From Macrostomum hystrix (taxonomy: Eukaryota; Animalia; Platyhelminthes): DNA of 64,000 nt. A model generated the notes under the pieces. That model saw only the letters and a program-made list of their open reading frames with translations. It was not told where the DNA came from and did no database searches. Position 1 is the stretch's first letter. Every line of letters begins with the position of its first letter. The stretch lies in assembly GCA_950097015.1 (NCBI GenBank), contig CATNEN010000034.1:7757654-7821653 (forward strand), written 5' to 3'. Made by a program: the position numbers and the translations under genes. Positions 26,169-40,195 of this stretch are shown one piece after another.

Positions 26169-26350
26169 CCAAACAGCACAGCTCATCTGTGCCTCTCTGA
26201 GCACACTGACAGCGTCTTCTGCGATCGCATTGTCTTCTCGATTTCAACTGAACTCGCCTGCGGCAATAACCGCTGTGTGCTTAACGATTTCTCCAACTGC
26301 GAGTCTTTGAGGCTGCAACTGCAGTCAGCACCAGAGCCTGCACCCTCCAG
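26169..26350 (+). other. Putative non-coding exon
   Basis: Acceptor tttttcag and consensus donor CAG|gtaagt; no ATG inside. Confidence 0.35.
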
Positions 26351-29300
26351 GTAAGTCCATTCTTATCCGTCCCTTAGGGTGAGGATGGGAGTGAGGCTTT
26401 GGTGGTGCAGGTCGGATGCTGTGGATGGAGAGGCTGTCCCAAATCATTCTAACCAATGTCAGTTGCTGACTCGATTACGTAACACCGTAAGTTTCTCCTC
26501 CATGGCCCTCTAACTCAGTCGCAGTGTTTCTGGCTGGGAAAAATCGAATGAGGAGGCAGCAAAGATAGGTGGGTCAGGGAAGGCAGTCCCTGTCCAACTG
26601 CTGTTAGTGTTACACGGCTGTTTCTGTCTTCTGAAACCTCAGCCTCATCTCTGCAGCTTCCGTTTGCAGTTGATTTGCAAGAATCCAGGTGTACTGCTGG
26701 CGGTCTGTGTGCGTGTTTCATTGTCCTTGGTCCCTTGTGTTAGTTGCTATGCTGCCCCGGCATTCCATTTAGCTAATGAGAGCACAATTTGTTATCAACT
26801 TTCTGTTGTTCTCAAGCTCTGCGTGCAAATGTAACCCAACAAATTTATTGAGTCACTCAGCTTCTGGCACTGGATTTAACGGTGGATATTCAAGCGAGTT
26901 CACTTGGAATTTCGGACCCCAATCCGTCTGGTTATTTTCATTCGAAATTAATTTCATTCGAGTCGGTCAGTGCCTACTATTTGCCATCAGCGATCACAAA
27001 TTGGCCAAGAATTTCATTGCAGCAGGAACTCAGAGCTCAGCTTTGATCAGATTTCCTTCGTAACTCAAAGCACTCCGCTAACTCCTTCCAGCTTTGACAT
27101 TTAGGAACCCCGCTGGCAATGACCGTAATGCCCTCACAATGTCACCACATTGTCTTTAATTAGGTTGACTTTCAATTCAAATTGAGTTTCCTCACCTTGA
27201 GCTGCCCGCATCGCATGGTCTCATTATTATCTGAGTGATCATTGCTGTGAAATCAATTTCCATTTCTTAGTTTAGCAACTCCGATCGCTAATTGACTGAC
27301 GATCAACGCAATGTTCGCTTCTTGTACATCGCCTTCTGTGATCTTCCATTGTTCAGTAGCTTAGTGAACCAGCGGGTGACTCAAAGATAGTCTGAGATTT
27401 GCTCAAATCTTGTCACGTGTACTCGCTAAATGTGTCAGTCCTTCGACTCATGCTGTGCTCAGCCGCTGGTGTGTCCGTTTGAGTCAGCGGGGAGTGGCGA
27501 TGGAATGAAATTCGTACTGCATGTGGCCTGACAATCTGTGTTGCCTGGTATAGTTCACATTTGCATTATGAGTTATCTGCAGGAATCGTTAGAAATGATT
27601 AGGATACAAGACTTCAGCCCAGGTATTCAGCTAATAACTCTTCTGAACTCACTCTAACATCTCACTGCCCGTCTCTCTGATCATTCAGTTGCAGGTATCC
27701 ACTCTGTCTCCATGGCCTGAGTTGGTTGCTCAGAGCGGGTCAAAGTGGCGACAATCTTATTCCCTGTCTGTCAGTCACCCCAGTCTGTCTGGAGCGGCAC
27801 AGGCAGGTCTTCAGTAAGTCCAACTAAACTCACCGCTGTAATTTAGCCGCCAACTGTCTGAGATGTAAAAACTGCTGCGTGACCCAATGACATTGACGAC
27901 TCAACATGCTCAATGGGCTTTCCTTTGAGGATTTCCCTTTACCTGATTCCCCTCCCAGAATGTCTGTCTGCTGTGGGGTCAATACGCAGCCAGTTCTTGA
28001 CGCAGACTTTCCTTTCTCATTGTCCTGAGTGATCCGGGCCTTCTCAGTCCAAACACATATTCATTCCAATGAGACTCAATTGAATTTCTTGCACACGTGG
28101 GCGAAATCAATTAGGCTTGCAGGAATGAGAAATAGAGAACATTTTTATGTTAGCACAGAATATTACCTGATTTCAATCGAGTTACACAATACTGTATCGG
28201 CAATAAATTCGGAGCAATTCAAATTTGACAATCTTGAGGCAGTTTCCACTTGTTGCCCCTGACTCAACATCACCGATATGCACAATGAGAGCAGATATGA
28301 AAATCTGATAAACTCCCCAGAGCGAAAGCATCCACTGAATCCTTTATGGGATGAACCCATTGTTGACTTTTGACTGACAATATTGTGACAATGAGATGGG
28401 GCCGCAGCAAGCGGTCCAGGATGAGTTGACTCGAGCTCAAAACCTGCTGACTGCCTGGTCCGAACCGCTGTGTTTTCCACTCGAGAATTTCGTCATCCTT
28501 ACCTCGAATGATCTGGTGCGAATTCTTTCCCCAAGGCCCTCTGCGTGTCTTCCCTATCTGTTGCACCTCATTGAGCTGTGTGGGGATCATCCTTCTGCTC
28601 ATAGTCCCATTGTCTGTTGAACCTCCACCCCACAACTTGCCCCGAAGCGGGTGTTGTTAGTGAGGCTAAGTCGTGATATGGACAGGGGGTCCCACCAGAG
28701 GCAGTTTCTGCACATTTGGATTAACTAATAGTGAATGCCCTTTGCCCTGATGTCCCACTTCAGATGAAACCGTTGCGATAGTTAAAAGACTTGCAAGTCT
28801 AGTTAAAGTCAAACAATTTGTTCTCAAACTAACCTTGCTTGACTCAACACTTTCTCACTGTAAAATGACTGACAACTAAGAATGGGAGAACCTAGAAACA
28901 CAGACTGACCTGGGCAGTTGCAGAATCTGTTATTGCCTATAGAAGACACTTGGGATAAAGTGACAGTCCAAATTAGCAGGTAGGAAAAGATCATTTTGCC
29001 ACGAATGAGGCGAAATGCGGAGCAGCTCATTAATTATGCAGAAAGGCTTATTTTGCTGGCAAAAGCAGAAGTAAAACTGTTAACTCCCTGCAATGTGTGC
29101 GGCTTGGGAGTTTGTGAATGGCATCGAGCCAAAAACACTTCACAAGTCATCAGCAGAACCAGGCCAGCGCAAGACTTCCTAGCAATGGAGACAATTAACC
29201 TGTTTGAATGGCAACTGCCCGTCCCTTTGGCCGGTGGGAGTTTTTTCAAAAGCCTCACACAGCCCAGTGGGAGGGTCCACTGCAGGAAGGGGAAGTTATC

Positions 29301-29390
29301 CCAATTGGTCAGTTTAGAGCAAGTGGAATGGGGAATTGAGAATGTGGGCTGAGGAACGAGGGGATCGTACAGGAAAATAATGCGAGACAA

Positions 29391-29965
29391 ATAGTAATAG
29401 ACACAGGTGAAATGACAGGTGAAGGTCTTGAGGATTGAAGATGGGAGATATCAGGAGAAGCAATATAATAGTAATAGTAATAGACACAGGTGAAATGACA
29501 GGTGAAGGTCTTGAGGATTGAAGATGGGAGATATCAGGAGAAGCAATATAATAGTAATAGTAATAGACACAGGTGAAATGACAGGTGAAGGTCTTGAGGA
29601 TTGAAGATGGGAGATATCAGGAGAAGCAATATAATAGTAATAGTAATAGACACAGGTGAAATGACAGGTGAAGGTCTTGAGGATTGAAGATGGGAGATAT
29701 CAGGAGAAGCAATATAATAGTAATAGTAATAGACACAGGTGAAATGACAGGTGAAGGTCTTGAGGATTGAAGATGGGAGATATCAGGAGAAGCAATATAA
29801 TAGTAATAGTAATAGACACAGGTGAAATGACAGGTGAAGGTCTTGAGGATTGAAGATGGGAGATATCAGGAGAAGCAATATAATAGTAATAGTAATAGAC
29901 ACAGGTGAAATGACAGGTGAAGGTCTTGAGGATTGAAGATGGGAGATATCAGGAGAAGCAATATA
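29391..29965. repeat. 83-bp perfect tandem repeat, about 7 copies
   Basis: acacagg recurs at 29401, 29484, 29567 and onward (period 83) with no spacers. Confidence 0.95.
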
Positions 29966-30839
29966 TAAAAACTGCACTTTGTGAGGTAAAAAATAGCACG
30001 TACTCAAGAGAATTTTATGAGCACAAAAACCAGGTCAACTGGCTCAGCCCGCCACCACCAGCTGGCCTGTTGCGCAACGCGGAACGCTGTGGGGACCGCT
30101 AGCAGGATGAGTTTATCATTGAGCACAGTTCTCAACAGACACTATTGGCCTCCACCTACCTTGGGTTGGCTGTGCAATGCCTAAATGTGTGGACACGTGC
30201 GGCTGTGTGTGTTTGACTAGTTTTGTCGATCCCAGCTCATCCTTTTCACTGCCGGCTTGCGCAACAAGATGGACTGGGAGGAACGGAAGGGCACTAAAAT
30301 TATCCCTACTCAATTGGGAGGGCACTATATTGTCTCCCAATTTCCTGTCTCCTTTAGCACCTTCAGCCCTCGAGGGACATATGGTCTCAGCTGCTTCGGT
30401 GACCCTCGGCCCTTCAAAAATGGGCGGAGCAGTGAGATTTCAGATCCGGATTCACAATAGAAACTCTTCGCTTGTTTTTGATTCGTTCTTTCATTCTAGA
30501 TTTTTGTGCCATTTTTAGCCCGAGGTCAATAATAGTAGATTCAATAGATTCACTAACTAGACTGCAGATTCTGCAATCTTGGCCTGTTCCCAGATTCAAC
30601 AGTCACTGCATTTCTAATTTGGCAGCATTTACAAGCTGGAGTCATCTGTCACACTGAGGGGACAAGTGCAGGTTTGGGCCATTTTAGCAGACAGCGAATA
30701 CCATTGCAGGCCTGAAAGGATTTGTCTGTATTCTAACAGCAGCTTCTGTTCTTCTAAAGTGCCAATCGGGTCATCATCATTCAAAAGGCAGAAATAGTTG
30801 AAGTGAAAGAATAATGTGCAGAGACAGAAACGCGAGCTT

Positions 30840-31470
30840 GGGAGATGAGAAAGAAGGGGTCAGAAATGGGAAGGAGGGGCAAAAATAGAGGGGAGAGAGG
30901 AGACGGGAGAGGGAGAGGGAGAGGAGAGGGGGAGAGCGGAGAGAAGATGGGATTGGAGAGAAGAGAGGAGAGAGGAGATAGGAGAGAAGATGAGAGAGAA
31001 GAGTGGAGAGGAGAGAAGAGAAGAGAGGAGAAAGGAGATGAGAGAGGAGAGGAGAGAGGAGAGAGAAAAGAGAGAGGAAAGAGTAAACTGGAGACAGGAG
31101 AAAAAAGTAGAGAGGATAGACGCAAAGGATAGCAGAAACGAGAGGGGACATAGGAAAGAAAAGAATAGAGCAGGGAGAGGAGAGAGCAGGGAGAGAGGAG
31201 AGAGCAGGGAGAGGAGAAAGGAGAATGCAGGGAGAGGAGAGAGGAGAGAGCAGGGATAGGAGAGAGGAGAGAGCAGGGAGAGGGGAGAGGAGAGAGCAGG
31301 GAGAGGAGAGAGGAGAGAGCAGGGATAGGAGAGAGGAGAGAGCAGGGAGAGGAGAGAGCAGGGAGAGGAGAGAGGAGAGAGCAGGGAGAAGAGAGAGCAG
31401 GGAGAGGAGAGAGCAGGGAGAGGAGAGAGCAGGGAGAGGAGAGGGGAGAGAGAACGGATGAGGGAGATTG
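30840..31470. repeat. Polypurine (GA-rich) low-complexity tract
   Basis: gagaggagagagcagg-type units; very few pyrimidines on the plus strand. Confidence 0.9.
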
Positions 31471-33004
31471 AGCAGAAGCGTTTCAGGCAAGATTAAAGGT
31501 GGATGATATCAGAAATTGAACTGAAGTTCAGGCAGCTAAATTCACAGTAAAAGTATGTCCGACCCAGATACAAGCAGATAATGGATCGATGCAATTGGAT
31601 AATAGAGTGATGACGGTCACTGATGGACTGATGATCCGATAAGCAAATATATCGCTAATTTAAACAGTTTTGCTTCCTAATATTCACCCAATTCGACATT
31701 TTAGCTTAAAAGTCAACTTCAACAGCTACCGGATTAAGAAACTGTGCACCGCATTGCTTTGAATTAAATTTCAAGGCGCCCTCGAAAGACCCAGATAATC
31801 CCCTTGAAGTGTTTAGCGGAATTATTTTAGTCAGGGTGGCAACTGAAAATCGCGACTGTCTCCAAGTGTCAAAATTAGAAAATCATCCCCTTATTCGGTT
31901 CGACTTAATTGCCAAAGGGTTGGTGAGAAGCGATGGAGAATAAGGGGAATTTATCCCATCCTCTCCTAGCCATTCTTTCAAACAGAATTGCAGTTTTTTC
32001 TCTGCGCTTCCAAAATTTCATGTTAATCCAAGGAATTGTACTATCATTCTACAGTCTAGAATTGGAAGACAGACAGCCTACCCACTGCCTACTTCGCGAT
32101 CGCTCCAAAACCAAAACCGAAGAACCAGTAGGATGCATTGAACTACGATTTTCGTGAAAGTCTGGTCACAATTTTCCGACCTTTACGATTAATTAACTTT
32201 CTAAGCCGTCCGACGTCGTAGATACTCGAGATATTCCGCGATTCTAGTTGAAGAGACCCTGGTGACAAGCAATATACAGGATGAAATTTCGTGAGCGGAA
32301 AAGGGCATTTTGATGGTTTTAGCCACCAGACACCCCGACAAGAGTCGTTGAATATCTCGACATTCATCGAATTGAGCGGAAAATTTTAGCATGTGATCAG
32401 GGATTTCATGGCATAATTTTGTTTGAATAGTTTAAGAGATACTTTCCACTGTTAACAGGTGAGTGGATAATGTTTTTTACACCAATCCTAGTCCATCGAA
32501 TTCCACTGAGGCTTTGGAAGATTCAAAAAGCATGAATTTAGTGATTCACCTCGCAAAACTTCCCGAACAGTTTCGCACAGTTTAAAGTGTGTATGGGTGC
32601 TGTTTTCACTGGCAGAATATTTGGTGCAGGCTTCGCTAATCCTAATCCTCTATTATCCCACTCGCTATATGCATGGCGCAGTCTTTAGGTTCGTGTCGAA
32701 AAATTCTGGGTCTAGCGATCATTTCAATGCATATTTTTCTACTTCCAGCCTCTCTCCTTTTTCTCTCTTATTCTTCCTTCTCCACACTCGCTTCCGCTGT
32801 CTGCACCATTGGGACGCCACATGGGCAAGCGCGACCTCCACACCGCCACAGCCACTTCGATATGAGAGCCGAGCCGCAAATATACCAAAGGTGGAGCCTG
32901 GCTTTCAAAGCTGAAGCGAGATAGATTGCGTAGCAGTCAAGTATATATCTGTTGTTCCCATTCTATTTTCCCTATTCTTCGATTGCTTCCCTCGCAATTT
33001 ATAC

Positions 33005-33680
33005 GAATCTCCCCATTCTCAGAATTTCCCCATTCTCCGAATCTCCCCATTCTCCGAATTTCCCCATTCTCCGAATCTCCCATTCTCCGAATTTCCCCAT
33101 TCTCCGAATTTCCCCATACTCCGAATCTCCCATTCTCCGAATTTCCCCATTCTCCGAATTTCCCCATTCTCCGAATTTCCCCATTCTCCGAATTTCCCCG
33201 TTCTCCGAATTTCCCCCTTCTCCGAATTTCCCCATTCTCCGAATTTCCCCCTTCTCCGAATTTCCCCCATTCTCCATATTTCCCCATTCTCCGAATTTCC
33301 CCATTCTCCGAATCTCCCATTCTCCGAATTTCCCCATTCTCCGAATTTCCCCATTCTCCGAATTTCCCCATTCTCCGAATCTCCCATTCTCCGAATTTCC
33401 CCATTCTCCGAATTTCCCCTTCTCCGAATCTCCCCATTCTCCGAATCTCCCCATTCTCCGAATCTCCCATTCTCCGAATTTCCCCATTCTCCGAATTTCC
33501 CCATTCTCCGAATTTCCCCATTCTCCGAATCTCCCATTCTCCGAATTTCCCCATTCTCCGAATTTCCCCATTCTCCGAATTTCCCCATTCTCCGAATCTC
33601 CCATTCTCCGAATTTCCCCATTCTCCGAATTTCCCCATTCCCCGAATCTCCCCATTCTCCGAATCTCTCATTCTCCGAGT
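33005..33680. repeat. 16/17-bp minisatellite, about 40 copies
   Basis: Unit tccgaat(t/c)tcccc(c)attc. Confidence 0.95.
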
Positions 33681-33785
33681 AGATTAGTGATTTTATATTT
33701 AATGGACTAATAATATCTCGGCACAGATCATGAAAGGCGTGACAAGTCGCACTTTGATCCTCCATTGCTTTCCCCAAAGTCCTCT

Positions 33786-33962
33786 CCGCCCTCTGCCATT
33801 GGCTGGGCCGTCGCTCCACACAGCTGCAGTCATTGGCCAATCAGCGCAGACCTGCAGGGTCAACCCTGGCGTGTGGAGGTGGTGGGCCCTGTGGCATATA
33901 GACAGCAGCACAAGACAGCGAAAGGGATCCAAGAGATTGAGAGATCAGCAGTCCAAGGGCGG
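33786..33962 (+). promoter_or_regulatory. Promoter-like cluster of GC boxes and CCAAT boxes
   Basis: CCGCCC 33786-33791, ATTGG 33798-33802, palindromic ATTGGCCAAT 33832-33841 followed by CAG (NF-Y-like GGCCAATCAG), GGGCGG about 33957-33962. Confidence 0.4.
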
Positions 33963-34058
33963 ACAAAATCCCACTGTATTTAGATAACTCCCAAATCCTA
34001 TGTAATGCCGCATCTTTGACTGGCTTTATTCCCATCATCTTTTGCCCTTTGTCCACAG

Positions 34059-34172
34059 AATCCAGCATGAAATCGGAAGATAATTGAAGCAGAAATCAGC
34101 AACATCAGTCACAGCTCAATTCAAGATTGGCCAACTGAACTGAAAGCTTTATTCTACCTGAACAATACAAAG
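34059..34172 (+). other. Putative non-coding (5' UTR) exon, probably of the protocadherin, containing a 6-codon uORF
   Basis: Strong acceptor tttgccctttgtccacag and donor AAG|gtgagt. All three frames have stops. uORF ATG AAA TCG GAA GAT AAT TGA at 34067-34087. Confidence 0.5.
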
Positions 34173-36502
34173 GTGAGTGTGTTTTGCTTAATTGTTCTCA
34201 ATTGTGCTCAAAACTGTTTTCAATTGGGGCTAATTCAATTCTTATCAGCGTGTTTCTATCTCCTGTTGACCTGCTTTCATTCTTCTTTGTTTTAATGGAA
34301 TGAGTCTGCTGATAATTAGCTTTCTGCTGGACTTAACTAATGCAGGTCGTGTCTTTTGACTCTTGAATCCATTGGCAGAATAAAGCATTGGTTTGTCAGT
34401 GATAAGCATCGATATAGTTCTGAATTTGGGATTCACAAGATTTTCGGGATGGGATAAAATTATGGCCATGAAGCTGGAGTGATCGAGTTCAAGACTCAAC
34501 TAGACTCAACAAAACTTTCCCTCGATATGTTTCGTCACAGAAGGCAGTGCACCAGTTTCTGGTGCATTTTATAAGAATAAATTTAGAATAATAATTTTTA
34601 CAACCAGCTGGCAGGGATCAGAAACTAAACGAAGTTTTTATTTCCCATTCTTCATCTCTGTGCCTCTGAACCTGAGCAAGCTTCGTTTGAGTCATTTATT
34701 TCCACAGCCCAAAGTTTATTACAGCCCGTGTTCGTGTTCCCATTGTGTGACAATTCATTAATCTGTAGGACCAAAGGTGTAAAAATAAATTAGCCTTTTC
34801 TGTGAGATTAAACTGTAATCCCAAGTTGGATTAGCACTAGAAAACACGGCATTGAATTTTCCAGGAAATGCTGTGAGAAATCGAATGTCATTTTTTCAAT
34901 CTTCTCATTTCATTCCTGTCTTAAAATTAATTTCCATTATTGGAGACCATCAGAGTTGATTTGCTGAAAGTGAAATCCCAACAGACTTAGCAACAAGCAA
35001 TGCCTCAACATTATAGGCTAGAGAAGGCTGAAAGTCAGTGCAATCACTGATCCCGAATCGAGATGGGATTGGAGAAATAAATGGGAAAATTCAACTTCCC
35101 AAGAAATGGACTCCTCGCCAGCGAGACAATGGTAAAGTTGGGATATTTTGGGAGAGCTAACTAAATAGTTGAATGGGATCAAAGTACTTGTACCTGGATC
35201 ATTGCCTAAAAAGGCGCCATCAAAATCGGGAAGGAGTTTGTTGCAATCGCATTTCCTGTAGTTGCTAAGAGAGCGTAAGAGAAAACCAGAAGCATTTTCA
35301 ATGACCAAAAGCCGGTAAGGGGTTTCACTTTTTCTTCACTTCTTCCAAAAGCGGCCCTTCTCAATAAATCTTTCTTCCGTGTGGAGCAATTTTCTGCTGC
35401 AATCGTTCGCTGCGTTCTGCAGAGATTTAAAGGCTATTTTAACAGACTGCACTTTAACGATCGGAGCTAGTCGAGTTTGCCATTTATTACAGCATCTCTG
35501 AGACATTTTATGGCCCAGCTCTTGCTGGCAGTTTGCGGTTGGGAAGTTTGAAAAATGATTCTTTGAATGGGATGACATTAAAGAAGTATTAAATGAAGTT
35601 AAATGGTCAGGGCTCCTTTAGATTCCATAATGCTGTATCTAATTGTGAGTTCTGTACTGAATGATTAGCAATGGGATCTTCGAATTATTAAAGGAAAACT
35701 ATTCATTCTTTTTTTGAAACTCAGTAGTATGATAAAAATGTTTTTAATTAGTTTCTAAACAAATATTTCTATCGGTAAGCATAGTTAAAAGTGCAATCAC
35801 TTGGTCAAGAGCAATCTCATTGCTTCTAGCAACAATTAAAAAAACGGGAGCTACTGGGTGGTGGCACAGTCGGCAGAGAAGAGATGGAGTGGAGGTTGAT
35901 AAGATCCAGCGGTAAATGATGCTGGGTCGAGATTCGAGGAATATAAATATCTGCGAAATGCATATCACACCAGGAATTCCTCAGCTAGTTACTAGGAAAG
36001 CAGTGGAGTGTGTGATTGAGTAGGCAGTTATGACCATCGCACACCTCCATTGCTCTCCGCTGCTTTTGTGATCATTCATTAATTTGAGGCGCGGGCAAAA
36101 TTTCTACCGCCTTGTTTGCCAGTTAGTTTTTTATGGCCAGAAACGCAATTTGGCGTATCAGCCGCCGGACATCCAGTAAAACTGGTCGGCTACATCTGGC
36201 CATTTAAACTGCGGCGTCTCATGGGTGCTCAGGCTTGGTCCGCGGCGAATCTCATTATGCAAAACGCTTGGCACTTGCGCGCGAAAATTCCAACTGTCCT
36301 GTTCACCCTGCAATGTCCGCTGGGACTAACCCGCTGCTCAGTATATTGCTTTTGCTGCATGTCAGGAAAATGCTGCCTTACTGCTTGGCAACCATTTTAT
36401 GCAAAATAAGACACGATGGCTTTGCTGCACAGTCTCTGGTCAAGACAAAAAGCTGCTCATTGTTAAACATACAGTCAGTGTCCGATGTTGACATTCGATG
36501 TC

Positions 36503-37410
36503 TAAAACCCGAATGTTCTGCAACCCGAATGTTCTGAGACCCGAATGTTCTGAAACCCGAATATTCTGAAACCCGAATGTTCTGAATCCCTAACGTTCCG
36601 AAACCCGAATGTTCTGAAACCCGAATGTTCTGAAACCCGAACGTTCCGAAACCCGAATGTTCTGCAACCCGAATGTTCTGAAACCGGAATGTTCTGCAAC
36701 CCGAATGTTCTGAAACCCGAATGTTCTGAAACCCGAATGTTCTGAAACCCGAATGTTCTGAAACCCGAATGTTCTGAAACCCGAATGTTCTGAAACCCGA
36801 ATGTTCTAAAACCCGAATGTTCTGAATCCCTAACGTTCCGAAACCCGAACGTTCCGAAACCCGAATGTTCTGCAACCCGAATGTTCTGCAACCCGAATGT
36901 TCTGAAACCCGAATGTTCTGAAACCCGAATGTTCTGAAACCCGAATGTTCTGAAACCCGAATGTTCTGCAACCCGAATGTTCTGAAACCCGAATGTTCTG
37001 AAACCCGAATGTTCTGCAACCCGAATGTTCTGAAACCCGAATGTTCTGAAACCCGAATGTTCTGAAACCCGAAAGTTCTGAATCCCTAACGTTCTGAAAC
37101 CCGAATGTTCTGCAACCCGAATGTTCTGAAACCCGAATGTTCTGCAACCCGAATGTTCTGAAACCCGAATGTTCTGAAACCCGAATGTTCTGAAACCCGA
37201 AAGTTCTGAATCCCTAACGTTCTGAAACCCGAATGTTCTGCAACCCGAATGTTCTGAAACCCGAATGTTCTGCAACCCGAATGTTCTGCAACCCGAATGT
37301 TCTGCAACCCGAATGTTCTGAAACCCGAATGTTCTGCAACCCGAATGTTCTGCAACCCGAATGTTCTAAACCCGAATGTTCTGCAATCTGAATATTCTAA
37401 AACCCGAACG
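36503..37410. repeat. 16-bp minisatellite, about 56 copies
   Basis: Unit aacccgaatgttctg(a/c) with a recurrent variant aatccctaacgttc. Confidence 0.95.
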
Positions 37411-38399
37411 CCCGTATATTTGATTTTCCGCGAGCTTAATTTCCAAGAAACCTAGATGCACAAGAAGTAGAAAAGTACTTTATGAAACCGAAATGCTCCA
37501 AAAGATAATCTGTAATCAGTGCTCAGTATTGAAAAAGCCAAGCCATTTCGAGTTGTTTCGTCTCCGTCCATCTTCGCGCAGCCACCAAAACGGAATCGCC
37601 CTCAGTCGTATTTGGGGTCTTAGAAACCGAGCTAGGGAATGAGAAGCGAGTCAGTAACGCAACTTTCCAATTAATTTCACTTGCATACTCAATGCCGCAC
37701 AGTTGCAAGGACTCAAATAGTGGATAAATCAGGATAGGATGGTGAAAGAGACGGAGCGAAGGTTCCTTGGGAATTGCATATGTGAGTATAGGAGGTGCAA
37801 CCAGTGAGATGATGCTCAAAGCGTTTGAGAACAGCCTAGCCACTTGGAAATGAGAAAATATGAGTTCAAGCTTGAAACGAGGAAGACTTATATTAAAGCA
37901 TTTCTGTTGCATGCCTGTGTGTGGACTGTGGCCAGTCAAAGCCTTTCATTTGCAGCATTTTTATTTCTTAGAAATGCCTCCTTGACTGAGACAGAGTGCT
38001 TCTAACAGAGCTGCAGCCACACAAATCTTAAGGACACAATTGCCAAGGCTGAGACGGGATTCTATCCCCTCATTCTGCCCGTCTCTATGCGGTCCCTTTC
38101 TCACCTCCGCATGCAGCTGATTGATTGGGGGTGGAGAGAGAAGTGCCTGATAGAAATTGCATTATGCCACGGCCGCTCCTTTGTGCCACTGCAACCCGCG
38201 GCTGACCTCCGAGAGCTGCGGGGTGAGACGGACCTCCGGCATGCACTGGTGAACAGCTGTTGCTGATTTCTTTACACTTTGTAGGTGACAGATTTGAAAT
38301 TTTGAGACTGAGCGAAGCAATGCGAAATGAAAAACAAAACTGCACCTACCATTGCAGACTGTGAGCACAGACCATGATTTGACCAGACCATGAGCACAG

Positions 38400-38860
38400 A
38401 CTCTCCCTTCTCCTCTCTCCCTTCTCTCCTCTCTCCCATATCCTCTCTCCCTTCTCTCCTCTCTCCCATATCCTCTCTCCCTTCTCTCCTCTCTCCCATA
38501 TCCTCTCTCCCTTCTCTCCTCTCTCCCTTCTCACGTGTCTCCCTTCTCCTCTCTCCCTTCTCACCTCTCTCCCTTCTCACCTCTCTCCCTTCTCACCTCT
38601 CTCCCTTCTCACCTCTCTCCCTTCTCACCTCTCTCCCTTCTCACCTCTCTCCATTCTCACCTCTCTCCCTTCTCTCCTCTCTCCCTTCTCTCTCCCTTCT
38701 CTTCTCTCTCCCTTCTCCTCTCTCCCTTCTCTCCTCTCTCCCTTCTCCTCTCTCCCTTCTCACCCCTGTCCTTTATTTCTCTCTTCACCATTCTCCCATT
38801 TCTCTTGTTGCCTGTCTCTTTTCTCGGTCTTGCATTTTCAACTCTCTCCCTTCTCACCTC
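38400..38860. repeat. Polypyrimidine (CT-rich) repeat tract
   Basis: ctctctcccttct-type units. Confidence 0.9.
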
Positions 38861-39724
38861 CGATACGCAATAGTAGCAGTATTTCCATTTTCCTTCGAAT
38901 GCCCAGTTAGCTTTTGTTGTTTGCCATCTTGTTAATTTTGCAGATTTTCTCCTCTTCTGCTGCTGAGTTAGCAGACTCCTCGCCTGGAGATTAAGGAGCC
39001 GGAAGTGACCAATTAATATTAGTTAGTGAGCTGTGCTCAGAGTTGCCGCAGCTCCTGGAAGCCTTTCCTGACCGCCAGTTTTGCATTTGCGATAATGAAT
39101 ATTGAGTTCTCAAAGCCGACTCAACGAAGATCTTTCCGCGCACCCCAGCTTCAATTCTCCCACTTCCCATGGGAGCTAAAAGGGATTTTTTTTAATGAAA
39201 ACGAGCCGTATTGTCAGTTGCTTAGCAATGGATCTCACTTCATTTTTTGCTAACTGTCACTGTCCTGTCGCGCAAAGTGACACATTGAAAAACTAGATTT
39301 GCCAGGCGGAGGTCTTCAAAGGAGCAGCATTTTTCTTGGCGAACTCATTATTAATTTCAGCTTTCTCAATCTAGGTTAATTTCAGCTTTCTCAATCTAGG
39401 ACATTATAAGTGTAACGCCTGGTGAATATATGAATGTGAATGTGGCTTTTCACAAGAGCTCCCTGTTTCTGAGCACTTTTCATGAGCACAGAAAAAAACT
39501 GAAGAGTGGGGCTCGAGTCCGCAGCCTTATTTCAAGTGGGCACTTCCCCAATCCCTAATAACAATTCGCATACCTAAGATGCCACTTGACTTCTGCATCG
39601 CTCATCGCCCAGAATCCTATATCCTCACCGGGAGATCGCTGTTTAACACCCCCCCGGCTTCTCACCCAAACGCAGTGAAGGAGACATTGTGGCCCTCTTG
39701 TTCTTATCTCCATTACTTCTGTCC

Positions 39725-40195
39725 TCCTCATCCCACTCCCCTCATCCCACTCATCTCACCCCAATCTCCTCACCCCACTCCCCTCATCCCACTCCCTCAT
39801 CCCACTCCCCTCATCCCACTCCCCACATCCCACTCCACACATCCCACTCACCACATCCCACTCCCTCATCCCACTCCCCGCATCCCACTCCCCACATCCC
39901 ACTCCCCACATCCCACTCACCACATCCCACTCCCCTCAGCCCACTCACCTCATCCCACTCCCCACATCCCACTCACCACATCCCACTCCCCTCAGCCCAC
40001 TCACCTCATCCCACTCCCCTCAGTCCACTCCCCTCAGCCCACTCCCCTCATCCCACTCCCCTCAGCCCACTCCCTTCATCCCGCTCACCTCATCCCACTC
40101 CCCACATCCCACTCCCCTCATCCCACTCCCCTCAGCCCACTCCCCTTATCTTATTCCCCTCATCTCACTCCCCTCATCCCACTCCCTTCATCCCA
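39725..40195. repeat. 14-bp C-rich minisatellite, about 33 copies
   Basis: Unit ccactcccctcatc and variants. Confidence 0.92.

Noticed and set aside
28396-28620. ORF with faint resemblance to a LINE RT C-terminal segment (QDELTRAQNLLTAWSE)
   Set aside because: Too short and no diagnostic RT motif nearby.
29391-29965. CRISPR-like array
   Set aside because: The copies are contiguous with no unique spacers, there are no cas genes, and the context is eukaryotic. The same applies to all other arrays.
32926-37355. Several 200-270 aa ORFs on both strands
   Set aside because: All lie in the 16/17-bp arrays and are open in multiple frames, the signature of repeats.
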